64,000 nucleotides of DNA from Paraspadella gotoi (taxonomy: Eukaryota; Animalia; Chaetognatha): positions 26,351,472-26,415,471 of the forward strand of contig CM119265.1 of the NCBI GenBank assembly GCA_051294375.1, in the 5' to 3' direction. Both the position numbers and the translations under genes were made by a program. The notes below the pieces were generated by a model. It saw only the letters and a program-made list of their open reading frames with translations, was not told the origin of the DNA and did no database searches. Of this stretch, positions 1 through 9,108 are shown in pieces; the first letter of the stretch is position 1, and each line of letters begins with the position of its first letter.

Positions 1-1490
1 GCACTAACTATGTTTTCCCATTTTAGAAACTAGATAATAGATTTGAGTTTATATCTGATAAACATAACTGTGTGGCGGTAGATTTCACACCGCCGTCCAC
101 GTCACACCATCCTTCAGCCAAATCCATTGGCTCAGAGGGGAACACACATCCCAGGGTAGTGTTCCATCCACAGTCCTAACGACTTCCTCTGCGTTTTGGG
201 CAAAGCGAGACCGTCGCTGGGTAATCCGCCGCCAGTGACTGGAGGCGTCACTGAGGGTCGGAAGCCCCCAAAGGCCACAGTGAGATGCCCCCATGCCAAT
301 GGCCATCACAGGCAACCCCGGCTGTTCCAATAACTGCTTCAATAATGTAAATGAACCTCAAGTTACTCGGCCTAACAATTACGGAACGCGAAAAAAACAC
401 GGAAAAAAAAATTAAAAAGAACATGAGTAAAAAATGTAAAGCAAAGCAAAAAACAAAACTAAATAACCCTAAAACATAGTACAATAATAAACTAATGAAA
501 TAAAATCAAAAACTGAATATTAAAAAATTAACAAAACAAAACGAAATCAAAAAAAAAAAAAACAAAATCAAAAAAAACAACCACTGACACGAATGTTGTT
601 CGTTGGACTCCGATGAGAATGACCGTCAAGTGAAATGGTCGATCCGCGCGAACGGCAGCCCGCCCAAGACGCCGGACGGCGCCCATGAGCGCGAAGGTCC
701 CGTGAGGTAAAGGCAGCCGGTAGCCGAGGGAGAGAGAGGAGGTTGCCGAAACAGGCGTCCGTAGGCGGCGGCGCAAGTAGGCGGGACGACAGAGAGGGCC
801 CGATGGCACTGAAGCGCCGTAGCTGCGGCGTGTAGAGGAGGGGGAGGGGAGAGAGAGAGAGAGAGAGAGAAAAATTTATAGCAAGACTTCAAAGGGCACA
901 CAACAGCATGACTGTAAAAACGCAATGTCCACATCCATCCAACACGACGACTAATTCCAACCAAAATCGACAACTATTCTCTTTCTGCGCATCCAATCAC
1001 GAACTCTCAAGTTTAAATTCAAATCAATAACAACTATCTCTTTCTCCATCCAATCAACGTAACTCTCAGTTTAATATCAATCCAATAAACAACTATTCTC
1101 TTTCTCCATCCATCACGAACTCTCTTTCTTAATTCAATCCATAACAACTATTCTCTTTCTCATGCCATCACGAGACTTCTCAGTTTAATTCAATCCAATA
1201 ACAACTATTCTCTTTTCTCCATTCCAATCACGAACTCTCATTTTAATTCCAATCCAATAACAACTATTGCTCTTTCTCCATCCCAATCACGACTTCCTCC
1301 AAACTCAGCGTCGCAACAGGCGAGGCAAGAAGAAGAAGAGATAAAAGAACGTTCCCCAACGAGGGACGAAAATTCCTTGCTGATGGAAGAGGTTGGCGAA
1401 TTGCGACCTTCTTTGCGGTTGAAGAAGAGAGTCCCATGTCGTTGTAGAACGCGAGGGACAGAAGAGATGTGCGACGACTGAAGCCTCGGC
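1..1490 (-). repeat. Inverted, indel-rich copy of 1640-3017 (two CLCN6 exons plus introns); probable fold-back/chimera artefact
   Basis: Bases 1-50 are the reverse complement of ~2970-3017. The reverse complement of 590-822 and 1315-1490 reproduces the CLCN6 exons, but with scattered 1-2 nt indels. Confidence 0.9.
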
Positions 1491-1630
1491 TGAGGTGGCG
1501 TTGGCTGAAGAGGTGGGTTGAGGGTGGGTGGGTAAGAGGGCGGTTGTGGGGCGGTGAGAGAGAGAGAGAGGAGATGAGAGAGAGAGAGAGAGTAGAGTAA
1601 GATCGAAGTGATCAGATTTCACTGCTCCAG

Positions 1631-1817
1631 TGACCGACACCGAGGCTCTCAGCGTCCGCACATTCTTCTGTCCCTCCGGTTCTTACAACGACATGGCGAC
1701 TCTCTTCTTCAACCCGCAAGAAGTCGCAATTCGCCAACTCTTCCATCAGCAAGGAATCTTTTCGGTCCCCTCGTTGGGGACGTTCTTTATTCTCTTCTTC
1801 TTGCTCGCCTGTTGGAC
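1631..1817 (+). CDS. CLCN6: CLC-6 chloride/proton exchanger, internal exon (5' boundary uncertain)
   Basis: Encodes SVRTFFCPSGSYNDMATLFFNPQEVAIRQLFHQ...FLLACWT, matching the CLC-6 YNDMATLFFN motif; donor AC|GTGAGT at 1818. Confidence 0.88.
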
Positions 1818-1829
1818 GTGAGTTTGGGA

Positions 1830-2100
1830 GAGTCGTGATTGGGATGGAAAAGAGTCAATAGTTGTTATTTGGATTGAATTAAAATGAGAGTTCGTGATTG
1901 GATGGAGAAAGAGAATAGTTGTTATTGGATTGAATTAAACTAGAGAGATTACGTTGATTGGCATGGAGAAAGAGAATAGTTGTTATTGGATTGAATTAAA
2001 AATGAGAGTTCGTGATTGGATGGAGAAAGAGAATAGTTGTTTATTGGATTGATATTAAACTGAGAGTTCGTGATTGGATGGAGAAAGAGAATAGTTGTCG
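1830..2100. repeat. Intronic minisatellite, ~60-bp unit, ~4.5 copies
   Basis: Repeated GAGAGTTCGTGATTGGATGGAGAAAGAGAATAGTTGTTATTGGATTGAATTAAA; mirrored at ~970-1300. Confidence 0.85.
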
Positions 2101-2232
2101 ATTTGGTTGGAATAGTCGTCGTGTTGGGATGTGACATTGGTTTTTACATGCTCTTCCTGCCCTTTTGAAGTCTGCTATAATCTTTCTCTCTCTCTCTCTC
2201 TCTCTCCCCTCCCCCTCCTCTCCACGCCGCAG

Positions 2233-2448
2233 CTACGGCGCTTCAGTGCCATCGGGCCTCTTCGTCCCGGCGCTACTTTGCGGCGCCGCCTACGGACGCC
2301 TGGTCGGCAACCTCCTCTCTCTCCTCGGCTACCGGCGCCTTTATCACGGGACCTTCGCGCTCATGGGCGCCGCGGCGTTCTTGGGCGGCGTCGCGAGGAT
2401 GACCATTTCATTGACGGTCATTCTCATCGAGTCAACGAACAACATCGT
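2233..2448 (+). CDS. CLCN6: CLC-6 internal exon
   Basis: Acceptor CGCAG|; [23 protein letters not shown]...[25 protein letters not shown] (CLC GxFxP motif); donor GT|GTCAGT; phases join correctly. Confidence 0.93.
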
Positions 2449-2654
2449 GTCAGTGGTTGTTTTTTTGATTTTGTTTTTTTTTTTTTTGATTTTTCGTTTT
2501 GTTTTGTTAATTTTTTTAATATTCAGTTTTTATTTTTATTTCATAGTTTTATTTTTGTACTATGTTTAGGGTTTATTTAGTTTTGTTTTTTGCTTTGCTT
2601 TACATTTTTACTCATGTTTTTTTAATTTTTTTTTCCGTGTTTTTTCGGTTCCGT

Positions 2655-3055
2655 AATTGTAGCCGAGTAACTTGAGGTTCATTTACATATTGAAGCAGTT
2701 ATGGCAACAGCCGGGTTGCCTGTGATGCCCATTGGGATGGGGCATCTCACTGTTGGCTTTGGGGGCTTCCGACCCTCAGTGACGCCTCCAGTCACTGGCG
2801 CGGTTACCCTAGGACGGTCTCGCTTTGCCAACGCAGAGGGAAGTCGTTAGGACTGTGGATGGAACACTACGCCTGGGATGGTGTGTTCCCCCTCTGAGCC
2901 AATGGATTTGGCTGAAGGATGGTGGACGTGAGGCGGTGTGAATATACCGCCACACAGTTATGTTTATCAGATATAAACTCAAATCTATTATCTAGTTTAA
3001 AATGGAAAACAGTAGTGCGAGCATCTGCCACTAATCATTATTAGGCCAGTAACGT
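2655..3055. repeat. GC-rich, hairpin-rich ~400-bp intronic element bounded by short direct repeats (unclassified)
   Basis: TTAGGCC(G)AGTAAC at both ends (left end clearest in the inverted copy at 361-378; right end at ~3040-3053); several internal stem-loops. Confidence 0.45.
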
Positions 3056-3519
3056 TTAAGATGCCCCCGACGTAATATACGTAATTACGTATTTTACTTC
3101 CAAATCAATTTAAAATATCCTGGATGCTTTTCTCTTTTAAAAATGAATATTTTTCTCGATTTTGTTCCTAAATCTGCTTCTCCCCCTTTCTTTCTTTTTT
3201 TTCCTTTCCTTTCTTCTCCCCTTTCCTTTCTTTTCTTTCCTTTCTTTTCTTCTCCCCTTTCCTTTCTTTTCTTTCCTTTTCTTTCTTCTCCCCTTTCCTT
3301 TCTTTTCTTTCCTTTCACTTTCTTCTCCCACTTCCTTTCTTTTCTTTCCTTTTCTTTCTTCTCCCTTTCCTTTTTTTTAGCCCCAACGCGTTTCACTCTT
3401 CATTTTGATTGAAGCTTAGTTTTATTTTGTTTTGCCTTCGGTGTTTTCGCGCCTCTGGAAGGTTTTTGTTTTTTAGAAAATCAGATTCGTTGACTAAATC
3501 GCGGATTTATTGCATTGTT

Positions 3520-4065
3520 TTTCCGGCTCTCTTTTCCTAGAGTGGCCCATTTCTGTTTATTTATTCCAGATTTTAATTTTAATATTTAATCTAAATATAT
3601 TTTTAAAACTATGAACCATTCCCTAACCCTAACTTAATCCTGAATCTTAACCCTTAACCCTTATCCCTAATTTTTAACTCTTATCTTTAATCCTAAATGT
3701 TAATCCCTCAAATAAATCTTTAATTCTAATTATTAACTTTATATTCTTAATATAATCTTTAAACCAAACCTTTAACCAAATCATTTTTTTAACCTAATTT
3801 TAATAAATTAAAAAAAAAAAATTTTTAGAATGTTATATATTCCTTAATATAATTTACAATAACTTCTTTTACGATTGTATTAAACAATAACTACAAATTC
3901 TTTATATAAGAAAAAACCATAATTTTTTTAATATTTAAGATATATTTTATATATTAATATCAAAAACAATATTAACAAAATCAAAAATAATAATAGTATA
4001 AAAAATTAATATTATTCCGAATTTAAGATAAAATGGGACGTTTTATGAATATAAGGCAGTTTTTT
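3520..4065 (+). mobile_element. MITE-like interspersed repeat with degenerate CCCTAA tracts; related inverted copy at ~6270-6470
   Basis: CGGCTCTCTTTTCC-AGAGTG-CCC (3523-3548) and ATTCCGAATTTAAGATAAAAT..GACGTT (4014-4042) both recur reverse-complemented in the last CLCN6 intron. Confidence 0.55.
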
Positions 4066-4268
4066 CTTGGCTTTTTATCGGCAGAGTGAAGGAGATTTTG
4101 CATATAAAACGAGTCAATTTTCCTTTTGAACCTTTTTCCTAACATTTTGCCTAATATTAAATCAGAACATGTACCAATATGTAAATGAGATTGAAGAACC
4201 CAATCTCACTTAGTAATATTCTAATCTATATATATCTCTTACAATTCCACATCCTTTTTTTCCTCCAG

Positions 4269-4464
4269 CTATGGGCTCCCCATCATGATCACCCTCATGG
4301 TAGCTAAATGGATCGGCGACTTTTTTAACGAAGGAATCTACGACAAACACATCAACATCAAGGGCGTTCCCTTTCTCGAGTGGGAACCGCCCACTTCCGC
4401 GCATCGTCTTCAGGCCAAGGACGTCATGGACGTGGATTTGGTTTACGTTTATCCTCATTCCAAG
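4269..4464 (+). CDS. CLCN6: CLC-6 exon (last TM helices and start of CBS1)
   Basis: CCAG| acceptor; YGLPIMITLMVAKWIGDFFNEGIYDKHINIKGVPFLEWE...VYVYPHSK; donor AAG|GTTGGA. Confidence 0.95.
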
Positions 4465-4736
4465 GTTGGAGATTGATTGATTGATTGATTGATTTGAATA
4501 ATCGATTTGCCGGTTATTAATTAATTAATTATTGGTTTATTTATTAAACGATTTAGTTATTGATTGAATGATTGATCATTCTACTGTTTTCTTTATTAAT
4601 TACCTAGTCATTCACAGTTATTTCTATTGATTGATTGTTTGATTGATTTATTTATTGATTAATTCTTTCATTCATGGATTTAATGATTTGTTATATCTAT
4701 TCACATTATCATTATGAAACCCGCCTTCGTGCCCAG

Positions 4737-5422
4737 GTCCAAAGCCTCGTCGACATCCTCAAGACGAGCGGCCACAACGCCTTTCCGGTCGTCACTCGCC
4801 TCCCACGAAAGAAGAGAAATCTCCAACAGCAACATCGGCCGGAGAAAGACGACGATCATTTATTACTCCAGCACCGGAACGACCATCACCTTCTCCTCCA
4901 ACACGGCGACTCGGCCCTCCGCTTCGACGAGGCGTTGGAGGCGTCGGTGGAGGCGGCGACGCTCCGACGCCGACGGTTCGAAGAGAAGGAGGAGGAGGAG
5001 GAAGAGGAGGAAGAGTTTCTCGTCTCCAACAATTTTCGTTTTCGCGCCAAATCTGTGGTGACGAGAAGGAGAGAGATGAAGACGAGGATGGGAATCATGA
5101 GACGGGCTGCTGCGGCCGAAGCGGAGGCGGCTGCGGCGTTGTCGGGAACGGAGGCGGCTGCCGCCACTTCTGGAGGAGAAAGGCCGAGGCTGGTGATGAG
5201 GCTGGACGAAGACGAGGACGACTACAGCTACAGCATCAACATCAGCGACGTGAACAGCGGCGGAGACAACTTCGCCAGTAACAACATCAACGGCGACGAC
5301 ATCACGAGCAACAACATCATTCCTCGTTCGTTTCGAGAATCTCCGTCGAGGCTGGAGATTTTGAAGAGGCTGAGAGAAGGATCCGAGGCTTCGGCTGTGG
5401 GAGGTGGAACGAGTCAGATCAG
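4737..5422 (+). CDS. CLCN6: CLC-6 exon (CBS1 plus long low-complexity insertion)
   Basis: CCCAG| acceptor; VQSLVDILKTSGHNAFPVV, then poly-E/poly-A insertion; donor AG|GTCCGT. Confidence 0.88.
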
Positions 5423-5610
5423 GTCCGTTGTTTTCTTTTTGTTTTTTTGTTGTTTTTTGTTTTGTTGTTTTTTTCATAATCTTTAAATTTTTTTTGTCTT
5501 CACTGTCGTCAATGTTGAGATGTTGTCGGTATTTATTTTCTTTGTCATTGATTACATTCATTTGTCAGTCTTTTGCCTCTAAAACTTCGCCATTCCCAAA
5601 TCTCTCTCAG

Positions 5611-5796
5611 GCCGCCCGAGTCGACGATCCACTCGGCCTCCGCCGACGACACTTCCGCGCCGCTCACCTTCCACGGCCTCATCCTTCGCTCCGAGTTGGT
5701 GACGCTGCTCGAGCGGGGCGTCTACTACGCGCCTGAAGAGGGCGCAGAGTCGCAGTGGAGGCTCGACTACGCCGAGATGACCGCCAAGTATCCCCG
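5611..5796 (+). CDS. CLCN6: CLC-6 exon
   Basis: TCTCAG| acceptor; LTFHGLILRSELVTLLERGVYY...YAEMTAKYPR; donor CG|GTGAGA. Confidence 0.92.
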
Positions 5797-5908
5797 GTGA
5801 GAGGATTGGGGGTGGCGGTGAGAATAAATGTGTGAGTGTATAGGTTTGAGGTCACGAGGATGAGTGAATCATTGCTTTTCTTCACAGGCTTCTATATTTT
5901 TTCCCCCC

Positions 5909-6008
<100 letters not shown>

Positions 6009-6025
6009 TCTCTCCTTCACCCTAG

Positions 6026-6142
6026 CTACCCGTCCATTCACGACGTCTCCGTGCCCGCTTGGGCCAAATCCCGCGTGGTCGACCTCACGCCCTACATCAA
6101 CCCATGCCCGTACACCGTGCCGCCAATATGCCCGTCAGTCAG
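6026..6142 (+). CDS. CLCN6: CLC-6 exon (start of CBS2); apparent 1-nt deletion near 6123
   Basis: CCTAG| acceptor; YPSIHDVSVPAWAKSRVVDLTPYINPCPYTVP[P]NMPVSQ requires one extra base at CCGCCAAT; donor CAG|GTTGTA. Confidence 0.85.
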
Positions 6143-6609
6143 GTTGTAGAAAATGTTTATTATTTTTTTTGGCGGCCCGGGTCGCGCATTCTTGTATTCG
6201 GAATTAAGTTCCAGTTGTTAATTTTAAAGATTAAGTTAGAGATTAAAATTAGAGATATTTGTTAAGGATAAGTATAAAAATTGGCCTTATTTACCAAGAA
6301 CGTCTAATTTTATCTTAAATTCGGAATTTGGTTAATTCTTTTAGTTAAAAATATGGGTAAAGGTTAGGGTTTGGGATTAGATTAGTGAATTAGTTTAGTG
6401 ACTAAGGGTTAAAATTTAACTCTTGGGAAAAATTAACAAAAAGGGGGCACTCTCGGAAAAGAGAGCCGATTTAAGGATTATGGTTTCGGGTTAAATATTA
6501 GATTTGGTGACCAGGGTTAGGGATTTGGTTTCCAGGTTTGGTAATAAATTAAAGTTTAAATTTAAGTTAGTCGTTTAAGAAACAGTAATGGGGCGCTTTT
6601 CTTTCACAG

Positions 6610-6792
6610 GTGTTCAACCTCTTCCGGTCGATGGGTCTGCGACACTTGGTGGTGATCAACGCCCTCGGCGACACCGTTGGAGTCATCACCAGACACAACC
6701 TGACTCATAAGAGTTTGGAGGAGTGTTGGAGGAAGATGAAGACGAGGAGGGAAGTGGAGGAAGAGATGGAGGGGGGAAGGGAAAGGTGGTGA
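6610..6792 (+). CDS. CLCN6: CLC-6 terminal exon (CBS2)
   Basis: CACAG| acceptor; VFNLFRSMGLRHLVVINALGDTVGVITRHNLT; TGA stop at 6790-6792. Confidence 0.93.
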   Translation: MFNLFRSMGLRHLVVINALGDTVGVITRHNLTHKSLEECWRKMKTRREVEEEMEGGRERW

Positions 6793-6794
6793 GG

Positions 6795-7045
6795 GTGAGG
6801 AGGAGGAAGAGGGTGGAAGGTGGAGGAGAAGAGATGGAGGGAGGAGGAAGGGCGATTACTGTGAGGGAGAGGGGAGGAAGGGATGGAGGGAGAGAGAAGG
6901 GCGGTTACTGGTGAGGAGAGGGGGAGGAAGAGATGGAGGGAGGGAGGAAGGGCGGTTACTGGAGGGAGAGGGGAGGAAGAGATGGAGGGAGGGAGGAAGG
7001 GCGGTTACTGGTGAGGGGGAGGAAGGGATGGAGGGAGGGGGCGGG
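6795..7045. repeat. Purine-rich ~49-bp tandem repeat in the CLCN6 3' UTR
   Basis: Repeated GAGGGGAGGAAGAGATGGAGGGAGGGAGGAAGGGCGGTTACTG. Confidence 0.75.
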
Positions 7046-8575
7046 TGAGAAGACAGGGAGGGAAAGGAATTGTTGTGGCGGAACTTTGAACCTTGACTAC
7101 ACTTGATTCACTCCATAAAATTATTAAAAATAAAGAAAATATTAAAAATTTATGTATGTACAGAATATATTTTAAAGTTCATTTCAGGTGGACGTTTTTA
7201 ATCAAAATTATTTAACGTATTCTTTAAAGTAAAAAGAGAAGCGAAAATATTTTGAAATTTTCTCAAAAATTTAAATGTTTAGTTGAAAGGATTAAAGAAA
7301 AAAATTAATTAGGAAAAAACAAAAAATATATGTTACTTTTTTTAAATTTAAACTTTTTTGATTAATACAAAACAAAAAAATAAGAAAAATTCTAAAAAAA
7401 ATATTTAACTAAACAAAAAAAAATATTATTTTGAAGATTTAAACTAGATGAGAAAGAAAATATTTATATGATTCAACAACGATATTTTTTATTTTCGAAA
7501 TTCACAAGTTTACAAACCCGATTTAACGCTACTAAATCTTTGCTGGGGTCAAATAAACTCCCCTAAGATGACACCCTAGGTAGGTCCATTTATCAACTAT
7601 TTCAATATTGTTCCCAATAATTAAGACTGCTTCACTTGAAGTGTGTGTAACCTTTCAAAATACATAACTTTAGTCTTCTTAAAACTAAAACTAGAGGTAA
7701 CTCAATGGGGGAGTAAAAAATTTAGAGTGAGTACATGCTCATACGAAGATTTATACATTTTTAACAATACTTTCAATGGTAAGTAAAAAAATTTCTCATA
7801 TGGCTCTATACCCTATTATTTAAATTTTAAATATTTATGTATAGATAAGAAAGACAAAATTTTTAATTTTTTTTCAAAAATTATAGGATCAGATTCAGAT
7901 AGCTCATAAAAAGTTGTCTACACAAAGTATAAATCTTTTTTGAATATTTTTATGATAAGTGAGTCAAAAATAATAAAACCTATAAAAAATAGTTATCATC
8001 ATCATTTTGTTATAATTTTACCAATTTTCTATATTTTCACATAGAAAGGAAGGAAAAATAACAAATCTACATGTATACCACTTAGAAATCATAAATTGTT
8101 ATGCTCTATCAGAATTCATGCAAAAATTTTAAGATTTCTAAAAAAAATGTTTTTTCTATAAAGTTATATTTTTTTTTCAATTAGACTAGTAACCTCAGAA
8201 GAAAGTAATTTTGACAAAAAAATATTTTAATACCATAATCTATGCTCATGATAGATTATTTTAACGCTGTATACATTAGCATTTCAATTTCATCGGCTAT
8301 GGCTACTAAAACAAAAACTACTACCTAAAAATATATGTCCAACATAGCAACCAAAACCAGATTCTTTTAATTTCAAGATTAAATCATGAACATATAATGA
8401 CCAAAAAGTATGGACTGAGAACGGCTCCTTGGCGAACACGGGTTGATACGACAATAGAATCACTAATCAGCTCCTTCCATCGACACCCATTTTTTTATTA
8501 AATTTGCTGATTTATTCAGTATATCACTGTTATACATTAACTAATGTAATGATTCGCCACAATTGTTAACCTCTG

Positions 8576-8625
<50 letters not shown>

Positions 8626-9108
8626 ATTGAAAGAAGAGAAGTCACAATCCCACAAATCTCCTCTCACGTTCTGCTATGACGAAGAAAAAGTCCCAAATAA
8701 ATGTCAAGTAGAATTCTACGGGTTTTCTTGTGTAGATCATGGAATATCTGTTTAGAACTACTGTTTATATTCTCTGAAAAAAGATAAAAGAACATTTAGA
8801 AATTAGTACCGATTAACTCTGATTGTGGCATTACTATTGTTGTGGAATTCATAATTTTCCAATCTGTGTTTTTCGTTTGATTTTTAGTAACAAAGCTTTT
8901 ACTAAAAGGTCATATAGGCCGCAGAAAGCGTGCCCAGGGCCGTATCCGTAGATTCATTCATTCATTCTCTCTTCCCCCAGCTTAACCATTCCTCAATCCT
9001 CATATCTCACCACGATCATTGTTGAATCATACAAAGATTTTCTTTTTAATCTAATTTCATAAGCAACGAAAGAAGGGAAACGATACAAACATAATACTTG
9101 AAAATTAT

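Noticed and set aside
1830-2100. Regularly spaced repeats resembling a CRISPR array
   Set aside because: There are no unique spacers and no cas genes; it is a head-to-tail minisatellite in a eukaryotic intron.
2833-2856. GAGGGAAGTC resembling the RNase P/MRP CR-I region
   Set aside because: No matching CR-V or P4 partner sequence was found.
3615-3700. Interstitial telomere
   Set aside because: Only a few degenerate CCCTAA units, embedded in an interspersed repeat.
4800-5422. Long poly-E/poly-A insertion in CLCN6 and overlapping antisense ORFs (4863-5561)
   Set aside because: CLC-6 proteins are known to have a large, poorly conserved cytosolic insertion here, and the antisense ORFs are shadows of a GC-rich exon.
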